Sequence record: MK562505
Source: Shigella phage Silverhawkium
Reading direction: 5' to 3' (one strand)
Length of the DNA: 64,000 nucleotides
Positions 9,121-19,519 of the stretch are shown here, piece after piece. The translations under genes were made by a program, and so were the position numbers. Under the pieces are notes generated by a model, which did no database searches, was not told the DNA's origin, and saw only the letters and a program-made list of their open reading frames with translations. Position 1 is the stretch's first letter. The number at the start of each line of letters is the position of its first letter.

Positions 9121-11255
9121 ACTCTGTCCTTAATTTCTGCAATTTTTGCATCATTCATTCTTGAAGTACCTTTTATTTTAGTCCACCCAAGATAACCACA
9201 AACACGATTGATAACTGAAATGTCATGTGAATGGCACTTAGGGCACTCATCAACATCTTCGTTAGGTCTATGTCCACAATTTTCACAGATTGCTAAGTCA
9301 AAGTTAACACCTTGATAGAAACCTTTACCCATACCTCGTGAGACACAAGCACTAATAGCTTTTTTGTTCTCTGGGTTTGCCATTCTAGAGTAAATGATGT
9401 GACCACCATTGCAAGAATGGAAGAATGGTTCTTCTAAGTCTTGCTTCTCAAATGGTGTAATCTCTGCTGCTACGTTCATATGGAAGCTGTTTGTAAAGTA
9501 CTCTTTATCAGATACCCCTTTGATTACTCCAAACATGTTACGGAACTGCTTTAATTGCGTACCACAAAGGCTCTCAGCAGGTGTCCCATAAAGGGCATAC
9601 AAGAAGCCATCTTCTTGCTTAAACTGCTCCAGTTTGTGGTTTAGGTGCTCCATAACTTGATGTGCAATACCTTTTGAGTTTGCCTCATGAAGTCTACCTT
9701 CTCCCGCAAGAACTGATAACTCATCTAATGCAGTAACACCAAACGATGCTGTGAAAGACTTCACTGTTTCCCAACCAATCTTATCAGTAGGTTTCTTATT
9801 ACCTTTATAGAGTCCACCTTGTGTGAATGCAAGAGGGTTTGAGCTTGCTGGCATGTTAGCAATCATCTCATACCGTTTTTGATGGAACACCCTAATCATT
9901 TCAAGATATTTGTCAATCTCTGCAAAGAAGTCAAGTTGATTCTCCTTAGCATACTGGTAAATCATCGGTAGATTTAGTGATACAGCACCAATGTTTGCAC
10001 GACCAACATAAAACTCTTTACCATCTTCATCAAAATATGGTGAGAGGTAAGCCCTGCACCCCATTGGCGAGATAACCTTACCAGAACGTTTGAAAGCATC
10101 TGCAACAGCACCATGACCAGATACACTCAAGAAGTCTGGGTACATTGCTTTTGAACAACACTCAATAGCTTTGCTGTATAGCTGACCTTGCCAGATATCC
10201 AGATTATGTCGTGTCTTATCATAGATATAGACAAGTTTTGGAAACACTACTGGCTTCTTAGCTTTTCCTTGTCCATTCATTCGAACATCAAGAATTGTCT
10301 TAGCAATCATGTACTGGAGTCTGTTATCTTCATTTGCCATATCTGGTTCCAGTAAACCAAAAGTCAAAGTTGTGAATGCAAAATCACCACGGCTACATGG
10401 CACTGTATTCAATTTCATTTCCAGTGACTGAAAGCCTTGTGTTAATTCAATTTGCAACTGGTTTTTAACATAATGGTAAATGTTTTCTTTAGGGATTCCA
10501 TAAGCAATAGCCATCTCTTCATGGTATTTTTGAGACTTCTTAGCATATGGCACTAGCACCTTATCAATCTCTGGGATAGTGAATCCACCAAATTGTTGAG
10601 CAGTGGCTGACAAAACAACATCACCAATAACCTGCAAGGCTGACAGAACAGACTTAGGTTCACAGTATTCAATGCCTGACATTTCAAAGCCACCTTCTAA
10701 GACTTTGCCAATGTCAAACAAACAGCAGTTAATTCCGCCAAATACTAAGTCCCTCAAGTCATGAATATAGATAAAACCTTCTTCAATAGCTTTTGCCTCT
10801 TCAGGTGTCAAGTGATATTGTTTAAAGATTTCTTTAGTCAGATAACCACGGATAATAGAACCTTTAGTAGAGATTAAACTACTGTCAAAGTTAGCGTTTT
10901 CACGGTCTCCTAAGAACAGTGTATCTTTAGTCTTCTGATAGAGTTCATCCCAATTCTGTGCAACCTCTTTACGGTAGTTGCGATAGGTTGAGTAAGATTC
11001 GTAAATCTCGTGATTAACTTCTGCTAAAGCCCCTTCAACAATGCTGTGAATATCATCTACAGAGATTAGCATAGTGTTCTGATTACAAGCCTTGACAAGA
11101 ATACGCATAAAAGCTGATTCAAGGGCATGAGCAACCTCTAATGGGAGTTCTTTATACCCCACTCTATTAGCTGACTTTGTAACTGCTGCTAAAACTTTTT
11201 TAATATCTGGTTCTTCAAGTGAGCCATTCTTTTTAATAATTTGTACTTTGACCAT
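9111..11255 (-). CDS. nrdD: anaerobic ribonucleoside-triphosphate reductase
   Basis: C-terminal glycyl-radical region RVCGYLG and Cys-rich metal site; start moved to MVKVQ with AAGGAG RBS (ORF-track start 11357 lies upstream of a terminator). Confidence 0.85.
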   Translation of the reverse strand: MVKVQIIKKNGSLEEPDIKKVLAAVTKSANRVGYKELPLEVAHALESAFMRILVKACNQNTMLISVDDIHSIVEGALAEVNHEIYESYSTYRNYRKEVAQNWDELYQKTKDTLFLGDRENANFDSSLISTKGSIIRGYLTKEIFKQYHLTPEEAKAIEEGFIYIHDLRDLVFGGINCCLFDIGKVLEGGFEMSGIEYCEPKSVLSALQVIGDVVLSATAQQFGGFTIPEIDKVLVPYAKKSQKYHEEMAIAYGIPKENIYHYVKNQLQIELTQGFQSLEMKLNTVPCSRGDFAFTTLTFGLLEPDMANEDNRLQYMIAKTILDVRMNGQGKAKKPVVFPKLVYIYDKTRHNLDIWQGQLYSKAIECCSKAMYPDFLSVSGHGAVADAFKRSGKVISPMGCRAYLSPYFDEDGKEFYVGRANIGAVSLNLPMIYQYAKENQLDFFAEIDKYLEMIRVFHQKRYEMIANMPASSNPLAFTQGGLYKGNKKPTDKIGWETVKSFTASFGVTALDELSVLAGEGRLHEANSKGIAHQVMEHLNHKLEQFKQEDGFLYALYGTPAESLCGTQLKQFRNMFGVIKGVSDKEYFTNSFHMNVAAEITPFEKQDLEEPFFHSCNGGHIIYSRMANPENKKAISACVSRGMGKGFYQGVNFDLAICENCGHRPNEDVDECPKCHSHDISVINRVCGYLGWTKIKGTSRMNDAKIAEIKDRVCM

Positions 11256-11274
11256 TTGTGCTCCTTTATATACG

Positions 11275-11296
11275 AAAAAGGTCTCCGAAGAGACCC
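11275..11296 (-). terminator. rho-independent terminator, GGTCTC-cgaa-GAGACC
   Basis: perfect 6-bp GC-rich stem, minus-strand U-run; same hairpin recurs at 15397-15420. Confidence 0.6.
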
Positions 11297-11301
11297 TTAT
11301 A

Positions 11302-11508
11302 TTAATTCTTTTTGAAAACCTTATCAAGAAACTTTTTGAGTTTTCCGCTAAGGTCAAGATGGATTTCTAGAATCTCAAAGATTAACCATACTAGCATTAC
11401 CCCAAACATAAAACCTTGTTTAAAGTCAATGAACATATTCATTGTGAAGATGATAATCAGAAGCATGACAGCATCTACTTTAAAACCATTTATAATTTTC
11501 TCAAGCAT
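11302..11508 (-). CDS. small hydrophobic membrane protein (68 aa)
   Basis: VMLLIIIFTMNMFIDF / FMFGVMLVWLIFEIL hydrophobic segments. Confidence 0.4.
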   Translation of the reverse strand: MLEKIINGFKVDAVMLLIIIFTMNMFIDFKQGFMFGVMLVWLIFEILEIHLDLSGKLKKFLDKVFKKN

Positions 11509-11743
11509 TGTTCACCTCTGCCATAAAGTCTTGTAGTGTGCCAACAGGAATCAAAGTAGTGTCATCAGTCTTCATAATGAAAGGCATCTGACGAACTGGC
11601 ATCTTTGCAATATCCATTAAGTCGGAGAGTTCATAATCCTGACCCAACATTCTTACAACGTGGTCAATACCACGAGCCTTTGCAAAGTTCTTCGCTGTTT
11701 CACACTGAGGGCAACCAGTTTTTGAATAAATTACGTAAGTCAT
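11501..11743 (-). CDS. glutaredoxin/NrdH-like redoxin
   Basis: 80 aa; N-terminal CPQC active-site motif; adjacent to nrdB. Confidence 0.7.
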   Translation of the reverse strand: MTYVIYSKTGCPQCETAKNFAKARGIDHVVRMLGQDYELSDLMDIAKMPVRQMPFIMKTDDTTLIPVGTLQDFMAEVNNA

Positions 11744-12816
11744 TAAGGAACCTCTAAATATCCTGAATTTAAATCATCTACAACAGTATTCAACAAGTAT
11801 GCACCGTTCTGCTGCTCTTGGTTAGCATTCTGCTCTTTATCAATCTCCATCTTCTTAATCATATATTTCAAAGGTGGTTCTTTAGGAGCTACGAAGTCTC
11901 TTGGAATACCAAACATATCATACAGTGGTGCAGCATTATAGTAAACCCATTCATGCAACAATTTTGTGTTTAGGCCAACCACTGCACGACCTTCAGAGAA
12001 GATATAATAAGACCATTTCTCTTCACTTTCAACTACTTCATCAAGAATTACTTTGATTTCTGGAAGAACCTGACGGAAAGCTTCTTGCCACTCTTCATCT
12101 TTCAAAGTTTCTTTCAGTGCTTCAATGTCAATCTTCGTGTGAAGGATTTCATCAAGCATGATTTTTTGTACTGCCTGAGCAATACCTTGGAACTTATCTT
12201 GTGCATCAAGTGCAAAAGTACATGCAAAGGATGCCATAAAAGATACACCTTCCAAGGCTGTCACTGCGAACAGACCTTTCAGAATCACTTTGTGAAAGTG
12301 TAGAGGGTCTTTCTCAAGTAGTGCATCACGAACATAGGTTAGACGGTAGTTTATACCTTCGTCGAGTAATTCTTCCAGTGCTCTGTTAACAGTCTTCAGA
12401 CGGTCTTGTACAGCAGCATTTTGATTAATCTCATCAAGGATTGTGTCTGGGTTCTTGATACACTGACGTACAATCTCTGAGTAAGTTAATGCGTGAAGAT
12501 TCTCAATCTCAGACTGTTTCATAATTGCAGTTGCGTAGATATCATCAGAGATGAATGGTGCAAATGCAAATGCCAAACTTTTAGCAACCTGTGTGTCTGC
12601 TTCCCATTGCCACTTAAGAATCTCAAGCATTACACCAGACATTGATTCTGGTACACTTTCAAAGTCTAATCGTGACTGCTCAAATGGAAACTCATCTTCA
12701 GACCAGTCCTGTGCTTTCTGCTGTTTGTACAATTCAAAGATTTTTGGATAGTGTTTGTTGAGTGAGTCAAAGGTTTTACGCTCACCACCTAAAAAGATTG
12801 GATGTTGGTTAATCAT
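11743..12816 (-). CDS. nrdB: ribonucleotide reductase class Ia beta subunit
   Basis: 357 aa; R2-like fold with conserved acidic/His iron ligands; directly downstream of nrdA. Confidence 0.85.
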   Translation of the reverse strand: MINQHPIFLGGERKTFDSLNKHYPKIFELYKQQKAQDWSEDEFPFEQSRLDFESVPESMSGVMLEILKWQWEADTQVAKSLAFAFAPFISDDIYATAIMKQSEIENLHALTYSEIVRQCIKNPDTILDEINQNAAVQDRLKTVNRALEELLDEGINYRLTYVRDALLEKDPLHFHKVILKGLFAVTALEGVSFMASFACTFALDAQDKFQGIAQAVQKIMLDEILHTKIDIEALKETLKDEEWQEAFRQVLPEIKVILDEVVESEEKWSYYIFSEGRAVVGLNTKLLHEWVYYNAAPLYDMFGIPRDFVAPKEPPLKYMIKKMEIDKEQNANQEQQNGAYLLNTVVDDLNSGYLEVP

Positions 12817-13088
12817 AATGGTAATTTTCCTGTTCTGAACATATCTCTAGCAGCTTGTCTTGTGAGGACTAGCCAGTTTTCCATATTAAATAACTCAGGT
12901 GCTCTAACATATTCTTTACCGCCATTAAAGCAGTCAATATATCTCACACATTTCTTCCAAGAATCATCATCCTGTTTTACCATTACCTCTGTACTGGCAA
13001 CATAGTAAAGTGTGTTTCTTGGCTTATACATTAGATAAACAGATTTACCCTCTGCTTTATTTCTTGCGGATTCTATTAAGTCTATCAT
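12813..13088 (-). CDS. hypothetical protein between nrdA and nrdB (91 aa)
   Basis: internal ATG with GGAGAG RBS, preceded by hairpin GAGGGTC-N6-GACCCTC at 13111-13130. Confidence 0.4.
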   Translation of the reverse strand: MIDLIESARNKAEGKSVYLMYKPRNTLYYVASTEVMVKQDDDSWKKCVRYIDCFNGGKEYVRAPELFNMENWLVLTRQAARDMFRTGKLPL

Positions 13089-13143
13089 AGACTCTCCAAA
13101 GTTAATTTTAGAGGGTCTTTTACGACCCTCATAGTTATTGAAA

Positions 13144-15378
13144 CTAAACACCGCAACCTTCGCAGTAAGCATCTTGTAGTGCTGACTTACCAACACCAAT
13201 TCTACTGTTCAGGTAGTACATAGTTTTCATACCTACAGTGTTGGCATAAATCATGTACTTTAAAGCTTGCTCTAATGATACCTTCTTAGATTTAGAGTAG
13301 TCAACATAGAAATCTGAAGAGATAGCTTGACCAGTGAATTTTTGAACAATTGCATAGCAATCAATCATATCGAATGTGTCAATGTCCCAAGCGATTTCAT
13401 AGACATACTTCAATTCTTCATAATCTGGAACAATAAACAGGACGTTACCAGTTGCAGACTTTTTGGTTAAGATAAAGTCACGGATTGGGTACAGTCCATT
13501 AGTCGTATTAGTTGCCAGTGAAGAACTCTCATTAGGCATGTAAGCCTCAAGTACAGAGTTTCGAATACCACCATTCGCCTTAATACGGTCTGCTAAGTCA
13601 TCCCAATCATAGCGAAGTTTCGCATCGTGCTTTTCATCAATCTTCTTGTTAGCTGTCTTTGGAGGAACCCAACCTTCAGGATACTTGGTGAACTGCATAT
13701 ATTCAGGCACACCACGCTCTTTAGCCAGCCTCAAAGATGCTTCATGCAAGTAGTAAGAGTGCATCTCCGCAAGTTCATGAAGTTTTGTCTTACCAGCCCT
13801 TGATGAGTAGTTCACGTAGTTCTTCGCAAGGTAATGAGCCACATTTGTAAGGCCAATCCCAACAGAACGACGCTTCTGGACGTGATTACGCATTGACGGA
13901 TACGGATACTCCATAAGGTCAATAACGGAGTCAACCATTGCCAAAGCATAATAAGCAACGTCAGCGTATTCATCTTCTGTGATTCTCCCTGCAACAAGAC
14001 TAGCTAAGAAGCAAAGAGCTACCTCACCATCCTCTTTAGCAGCATCATAGCTGTAAAGGTCTGTCTCTTTTTCAAATCCATAAACTGGAAGTACAATCTC
14101 CATGCAAAGATTTGACATTTTCAAAGGTTCTTTGAATGGTGTATGTGTATTGGCATTATTCGTAAAGAATGGATACACACGCCCTGTAGCATAACGTTGC
14201 TGAATAAACAGTTTAGCTACTTCACGAGCTTTTACCCTTTTATGTTTAACTCCAGCATGGACTGCGTGACCAACTGCTTCAGCAAACTCATCAGCAGAAG
14301 CTGTGTAGAACATGTCATAGAGCCTTGGAGCATCCTTGTAAGAGAATAGCAACCAATCTGTATCATACTGCACACATTGCCAGAAATAATCATTTGCACC
14401 AAATGAGTAGTCCATCTCATTAATACGCTTTGATGGAACAGTTGTAGGGTGCTTCAGACGAAGTAAATCTTCAATCTGAGGGTCTAGAGCAGTATAAAAG
14501 TTATTAGCTGAACCACCACGACTCTTTTGTTTATTTGCCTCTACAGCAGCACGTACAAGCTTGTAATAAGGGAGTTTCCCCATATGCTCAATAGTGTTTT
14601 GTCGAATACCATCACCAATTGTTCTGGTCTCCATAAGCATACCAATACCAGCTTGTTTAGTGGTCATATCGTAGGCTACTTTTGTAGCAATGCCGAGTGA
14701 CTCAGCAGTGTCATTAGCTTTAATCAAACAGCATGACGCATACCCAGACTTAGTAGCTCTTAAACCATTCAGATAGGGGGTAGGAGCATTAATTTTCAAG
14801 TCTGACAGATAAGTGTACAGTTTGATAACATCCTCTAAGCGTCGTTGCTTAGGCTGTCTTTCAAAGGCTTTCATAGCCATTCCCATGAACATAAATTGTG
14901 GTGACTCAAAGAGTTGTCCAGTTTTAATGTCACGAATACCGTACTTATCACGGAACTGTTTAAGTACTGCATAACCATATGAGATATCTTTTGAGTGAAC
15001 AATGTACCCTTGCAGATATTCTAACTCTTCTCGTGAGTAGTCCATCTTTTCCCAGAGTCCTAATACCTCCATATTTTTAACGAAGACATAAAGGTTTGGA
15101 ACTTTAGTGAATCCTCCAAAAGCCTCTTTATAGATGATACCCAACAGTAGTCGTCCAGCCATGTCTGAGTATTCTTGACTCTGCTTATCAATACAAACGT
15201 CAATCATAGCTTGGTGCATTTCTTTAGTTGTGCAACCTTCATAGACACGTTTCATAGCTTCCATAGTAACTTCTGACCAGATAATTCCACGTTTATCAGC
15301 CCAAGAAGCCCACTTGTTTAAACGTTCTGGTTCAAAAGTAACTAAACTTCCATTAGATTTGCGAATTGTTTTAATCAT
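13144..15378 (-). CDS. nrdA: ribonucleotide reductase class Ia alpha subunit
   Basis: 744 aa; active-site NLCMEI cysteine context and C-terminal CEGC redox pair. Confidence 0.85.
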   Translation of the reverse strand: MIKTIRKSNGSLVTFEPERLNKWASWADKRGIIWSEVTMEAMKRVYEGCTTKEMHQAMIDVCIDKQSQEYSDMAGRLLLGIIYKEAFGGFTKVPNLYVFVKNMEVLGLWEKMDYSREELEYLQGYIVHSKDISYGYAVLKQFRDKYGIRDIKTGQLFESPQFMFMGMAMKAFERQPKQRRLEDVIKLYTYLSDLKINAPTPYLNGLRATKSGYASCCLIKANDTAESLGIATKVAYDMTTKQAGIGMLMETRTIGDGIRQNTIEHMGKLPYYKLVRAAVEANKQKSRGGSANNFYTALDPQIEDLLRLKHPTTVPSKRINEMDYSFGANDYFWQCVQYDTDWLLFSYKDAPRLYDMFYTASADEFAEAVGHAVHAGVKHKRVKAREVAKLFIQQRYATGRVYPFFTNNANTHTPFKEPLKMSNLCMEIVLPVYGFEKETDLYSYDAAKEDGEVALCFLASLVAGRITEDEYADVAYYALAMVDSVIDLMEYPYPSMRNHVQKRRSVGIGLTNVAHYLAKNYVNYSSRAGKTKLHELAEMHSYYLHEASLRLAKERGVPEYMQFTKYPEGWVPPKTANKKIDEKHDAKLRYDWDDLADRIKANGGIRNSVLEAYMPNESSSLATNTTNGLYPIRDFILTKKSATGNVLFIVPDYEELKYVYEIAWDIDTFDMIDCYAIVQKFTGQAISSDFYVDYSKSKKVSLEQALKYMIYANTVGMKTMYYLNSRIGVGKSALQDAYCEGCGV

Positions 15379-15396
15379 TGTTTGAATCCTACAGGT

Positions 15397-15420
15397 GAAA
15401 AGGGTCTCCGAAGAGACCCC
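15397..15420 (-). terminator. rho-independent terminator, GGGTCTC-cgaa-GAGACCC
   Basis: near-identical copy of the 11275-11296 hairpin; minus-strand U-run. Confidence 0.6.
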
Positions 15421-15428
15421 CTTAGAGA

Positions 15429-15764
15429 TTAAATGCTAAAAATCTTTTTGTTTTCCCAGAGTTCGTAGAATCTCTGAGATACTTTGGTAATAGAGCCTTT
15501 TGACATTGCGTTGTGATACCAGTAACGCTTTCCTTCATCAAATGCAGCTTCAAGTTTTTCGTGAATATTATCTTCAATCCTTGCAATTGAGAAATTACCA
15601 CGAACCTTTGCAACAACTCTACCAAACTTAATATCACTTCGTCCTTTACAATCCTCTGTGTACATCACAAAGTCACCGAAGTGGATTGGTTCTCCGTATT
15701 TGTCAACACCTAGTTCTACACCAGATTTGACTTCATCAATGGTCAGCTTTTTAGTTTTAGACAT
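15429..15764 (-). CDS. hypothetical protein (111 aa)
   Basis: ORF in operon. Confidence 0.4.
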   Translation of the reverse strand: MSKTKKLTIDEVKSGVELGVDKYGEPIHFGDFVMYTEDCKGRSDIKFGRVVAKVRGNFSIARIEDNIHEKLEAAFDEGKRYWYHNAMSKGSITKVSQRFYELWENKKIFSI

Positions 15765-16080
15765 GGTATCTATCCAGATTACGTTTCAAATAAGTCCACT
15801 GTTCGTCAGTGCGTTCTACGCCCATAAACAGAGGTGCGACAACGACTTTACCAAATGTATTTCGATGCTGACAAATCTCGTAAGAATATTCTTTGTCAAT
15901 ATTAAAGCCATATTTGTAAAGAACAGCTTTGAGCACTTGCTCATTGTCCAGAAGTGTATCTGGAGTTTCACCATACTTCTCTAACAGTGAATCATTCATG
16001 AATACTGTCATAGAGATGTTATAGTTTGAGAAATGGCTCGCCTGAGCCACCTCTGCTTTATCAATGTTCTGTGAATCCAT
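15757..16080 (-). CDS. hypothetical protein (107 aa)
   Basis: ORF in operon. Confidence 0.4.
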   Translation of the reverse strand: MDSQNIDKAEVAQASHFSNYNISMTVFMNDSLLEKYGETPDTLLDNEQVLKAVLYKYGFNIDKEYSYEICQHRNTFGKVVVAPLFMGVERTDEQWTYLKRNLDRYHV

Positions 16081-16816
16081 TATAACCTACCCCTTTTAAC
16101 CAATTCTTCAGGTTATTTGCATCATAGTTCAACTTCGGGTATGAGGTCGTATGGAACTTCTCACCATCGTAGTAAACGATATCTGCAACCCACAAGTTAT
16201 TATCTTTACAGAAATCTCTATCAGCTTTAGAACTGATTGGAGTAACTTCTGTGAAGTTATCTACACCAAGGCTTCTCAGACTTCCTAGTAAGCCCTGACA
16301 AATAATACATGTGTCAGATACTACCACGAATAACTCTTCAGATTCAACCTCTGCAATGTAAGTTGCAAGCTGAACTTTTGGCAGATTAGATTGTTTCATA
16401 ATCTTACCGTCTGACTTACGAACAATTGCAAACCACTCTTTTCCTTCAACGATTGATTGACGGATAAAGCATTCATCACCAGTGCGTTTCTCAATGTCAA
16501 ACATTCTTGAGACAGCTTCTTGGTAGTCATCCGTATATTTCAAGTTGTTGTTGTGGCAAACAGCTTTCATAGCACCGTCATGGTCATGTTGTGACAGGAA
16601 TACTAATCCGTCTAGCACATATTGCAAGTCTGCTTGTGCATCAAGAGTTTCAACAGGGTCTTTTGCCTCAACTGCTGCAATCAACTCCTTAGCCTCTTCT
16701 AACATACAAAGAGATTGACTCTTCAGTGATTCCCAATATTCAGGGCTATATAGAACCTTGGGAGTATTACCACAACGCATGTTCCAATTTACTACTGATT
16801 CTCTGGAATTAAACAT
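16061..16816 (-). CDS. hypothetical protein (251 aa); N-terminal part weakly MazG/NTP-pyrophosphohydrolase-like
   Basis: EEAKELIAAVEAKDPVETLDAQADLQYVLDGLVFL loosely resembles all-alpha NTP-PPase helices; weak. Confidence 0.35.
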   Translation of the reverse strand: MFNSRESVVNWNMRCGNTPKVLYSPEYWESLKSQSLCMLEEAKELIAAVEAKDPVETLDAQADLQYVLDGLVFLSQHDHDGAMKAVCHNNNLKYTDDYQEAVSRMFDIEKRTGDECFIRQSIVEGKEWFAIVRKSDGKIMKQSNLPKVQLATYIAEVESEELFVVVSDTCIICQGLLGSLRSLGVDNFTEVTPISSKADRDFCKDNNLWVADIVYYDGEKFHTTSYPKLNYDANNLKNWLKGVGYNGFTEH

Positions 16817-17025
16817 TAGACCTCCTGAAACAGTTTCTGCTTAGACTCAATATAATCCAGACGGGATTTAAGTTCAACGCGTTTGTTCAACAGATGCTGG
16901 ATTTGAGACTCAAGAGCTTCCATCTCAGCTTCTGTAGTTTCTTTAGCTTTTGCAATGATTACCTTGAGGTTTTCTACGCCAGCTTCAATCTTTGCTTTAT
17001 GGTCTTGCTTGATAGTGTTAAACAT
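16816..17025 (-). CDS. small coiled-coil protein (69 aa)
   Basis: charged heptad-like sequence. Confidence 0.4.
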   Translation of the reverse strand: MFNTIKQDHKAKIEAGVENLKVIIAKAKETTEAEMEALESQIQHLLNKRVELKSRLDYIESKQKLFQEV

Positions 17026-17527
17026 GATTTTCTCTCTCGTTAAGTTTCATTATTTTTTGAATACGTTTTTCAGCTTCTTCGTAGGTTTCTTTTGTCAGAA
17101 ACTTGATAGCTGCGATATTTGCATTGTAGAAGAGTCTGAGTTTCGAGTCAATCCTTTTTGTCATAACATCGAACTTGTGTTGGAGATTTGCTTCTCCGTA
17201 GACCAATCCACCTCGCGTATAATAAGTTTGGATGATATAGAAGTCAAATTCTTTTTCACCAAAAGCTTCAATATCTTTCTTAATGTATTCAGAAGAAGTC
17301 TGGTAAACCATCCAGTCACTCTCTTTTGTGACCACCTTACGTCTTGTTTTTCCAGCAACCTTCTTCTTGGTGATGCTATTAAACTGCTTCTTACCAATGT
17401 AATACTGTCCTGTCTTCTTGCAATATACTAAGTAGACAAAACCAAACAGTTTAGCGGGGTCAATCTCCCCGCATAAAGATACCCAATGACCATAAGTAGG
17501 GCAATCCCCGAAACCTTTAATCTTCAT
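17018..17527 (-). CDS. GIY-YIG-type endonuclease-like protein
   Basis: 169 aa; FGFVYLVYCKKTGQYYIGKK resembles the GIY...YIG core. Confidence 0.45.
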   Translation of the reverse strand: MKIKGFGDCPTYGHWVSLCGEIDPAKLFGFVYLVYCKKTGQYYIGKKQFNSITKKKVAGKTRRKVVTKESDWMVYQTSSEYIKKDIEAFGEKEFDFYIIQTYYTRGGLVYGEANLQHKFDVMTKRIDSKLRLFYNANIAAIKFLTKETYEEAEKRIQKIMKLNERENHV

Positions 17528-18584
17528 TCATAGTAGGCTCCCATCCATATTTTTCAAACGTGAAATCATCCTTTGGATTTCGTTCTTGGTATGCAATCCA
17601 GAAATGCTGCTGCATTAACTCTAGTGGTGTTCTGGTAACTGTTTGACCATCCCACGACACATATGTGTAAGAGTCTTTTTTGGCATACAATTCATAGATA
17701 GCATCTAAACACTCTTTATAGGTTGTTTTACCTTCCAGAGCATTCATGACAGCAACTTTACCAGCACCCTTAAGGCCAAAGTAGTTATCTGCATTATCAC
17801 CAGCTACAGCTTGGTAGCAGAGGAATTTAAATCCTACCCCGACTGTCTTCTTAGCTTTTGGTTTAGATTTGATAGGGCAATCCCAAATCTCACCAACGTT
17901 ATTGTCAGCGATGAAGATAAGCGGTGCTTTCTCATAAGTCATATCAATACAATAAGTATTTTCTGCTTGACGAAGGTCTTTGTCAATACTCATGAGTGCA
18001 GCTTTCTTACCTAACTTTTCAGCTTTTGCAATAACGATTGAGTCAGCCTCAAAACCACCTTTGAGAAGCTTGAACTCAGGTCGTGACAGAAGATACTCAC
18101 GACAAGCAACTAAGTGCGTAGGTGTCACTGCTTCTTTTCTGTTACCTTGATACTGGTGCTCTAGACCTTTAATATCTTTGTGTTTATGAACACCCTTCTC
18201 AGTGAGGTAACCCATCCATTTACGTTCTTTACCAACAACTTTCAGCCATTCTTGTAAAACCTGCTGAGTTGCCATGATAGCTTCTTTCTCGCTTTTTGCT
18301 TCCTTCCAAGTCTGTCTTTCCCATTCTTCTTCATCAAAGTCAAGACCAAGTTCCTCCGTAAGAACTCTCTGGTCAGCAAGCCATTGTGAAGCTAACTTAG
18401 CACTATCAAAGTCTTCAGATTCTTCAGCAGTGATTTTATTCACGTATTTGTACTTTGCTTTCTCAACTACACAAGCACCTTTATAAGCAATGCTATCTGA
18501 GTCAATGAAGACATGTGTAACGCTTTCTGGGAGCTTTGTAAGTGTATATTGATTCATTGTATCCTCCATACGAAAAAGCCCCAT
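17517..18584 (-). CDS. 5'-3' exonuclease / flap endonuclease-like (RNase H family)
   Basis: HVFIDSDSIAYKG, SIDKDLRQ and AGDNADNYFGLKGAGKVAV resemble FEN/5'-nuclease acidic-residue and H3TH motifs. Confidence 0.5.
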   Translation of the reverse strand: MGLFRMEDTMNQYTLTKLPESVTHVFIDSDSIAYKGACVVEKAKYKYVNKITAEESEDFDSAKLASQWLADQRVLTEELGLDFDEEEWERQTWKEAKSEKEAIMATQQVLQEWLKVVGKERKWMGYLTEKGVHKHKDIKGLEHQYQGNRKEAVTPTHLVACREYLLSRPEFKLLKGGFEADSIVIAKAEKLGKKAALMSIDKDLRQAENTYCIDMTYEKAPLIFIADNNVGEIWDCPIKSKPKAKKTVGVGFKFLCYQAVAGDNADNYFGLKGAGKVAVMNALEGKTTYKECLDAIYELYAKKDSYTYVSWDGQTVTRTPLELMQQHFWIAYQERNPKDDFTFEKYGWEPTMNED

Positions 18585-18621
18585 ACGTTTCTGTACAGGG
18601 CTTTATATAGGTTACTGACTA

Positions 18622-19476
18622 TTATTCTTCGTCAGTTTCAAAATCTTCATCATCGTCATCCGGTGATGGCAGGTCGTCGTCATCGTCATCACTACCTTTA
18701 TCTTCATCAGAATCTTTTGCATCTTCTTCAGAGATTTCACCGTTATCTTCGACACCTGCAAGACCCAGCAGAGCCAGTTCATCTTCATCCAGTTCAGTTT
18801 CAGTAGCACCACCAGTTCCACCAGTATATGGTACAAGGGTGTCAATGATAAACTGCTCCTGAATTGGCTTAGTAAGAACATTTCCCTCGAATGTGTAGAA
18901 GTGAGTAGAAAGAATCACACTACCAAAGGAACCGTTACCTACTGCAATATCTGGACAGATAACATCATAAGTCTTGTCGTCATCGTGCTTATCAGATTTT
19001 GCTGCTTTAATCTTCTTCATAGGCTGCTTGACAGCAACACGTTTACCATTTACCTCTTCTACCAGCATTACAGGGAAACTCTGTTTTGCTGACCATACAG
19101 CACCGTCTTTGTATGCTGCTGAACGGCTCACTTTCAAGATGTGATAGGTGTCAGCTTCAAATGGTGGCTCACAACCAAACTTCTCTTCGAAGTCATCTGC
19201 ATCAACTGCCTCAGTAGTAACCTTATCCCAACCCATTGGGTTTTTCTTGGACTTGGTGAACTCTTTAAAGAGTTTGTTACCATCTTTTGCAAGGATTGAT
19301 ACGCTGTAGTTACAATCTTTCCCCGGAAAATGTTTATCTACAGATTTACCCTTCTGAGGGCGTGGAATAGTGTTCAGGTAGTAGAACCAAACATCTTTCA
19401 GTAAGTAACGAAGAGTTTCGTGCTCTTTACCATTGTACTTTTCTACCGGAGACTTCATTTTAACAACTTTAGACAT
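18622..19476 (-). CDS. putative single-stranded DNA-binding protein with acidic C-terminal tail
   Basis: 284 aa; extreme acidic C-terminus (DSDEDKGSDDDDDDLPSPDDDDEDFETDEE); placement in the replication module. Confidence 0.45.
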   Translation of the reverse strand: MSKVVKMKSPVEKYNGKEHETLRYLLKDVWFYYLNTIPRPQKGKSVDKHFPGKDCNYSVSILAKDGNKLFKEFTKSKKNPMGWDKVTTEAVDADDFEEKFGCEPPFEADTYHILKVSRSAAYKDGAVWSAKQSFPVMLVEEVNGKRVAVKQPMKKIKAAKSDKHDDDKTYDVICPDIAVGNGSFGSVILSTHFYTFEGNVLTKPIQEQFIIDTLVPYTGGTGGATETELDEDELALLGLAGVEDNGEISEEDAKDSDEDKGSDDDDDDLPSPDDDDEDFETDEE

Positions 19477-19519
19477 TTTAATACCTCTTTCTCAAATTAA
19501 CTATTCAATCAAATCTTAT

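Noticed and set aside
11256-11357. N-terminal 34-codon extension of nrdD in the ORF track
   Set aside because: It reads through a strong terminator hairpin and RBS; the ATG at 11255 with AAGGAG RBS is the plausible start.
9111-15378. Possible group I introns in nrdA, nrdB, nrdD or td
   Set aside because: All four reading frames are continuous with normal lengths and conserved motifs in order; the only insert is the free-standing HNH gene between nrdD and nrdG.
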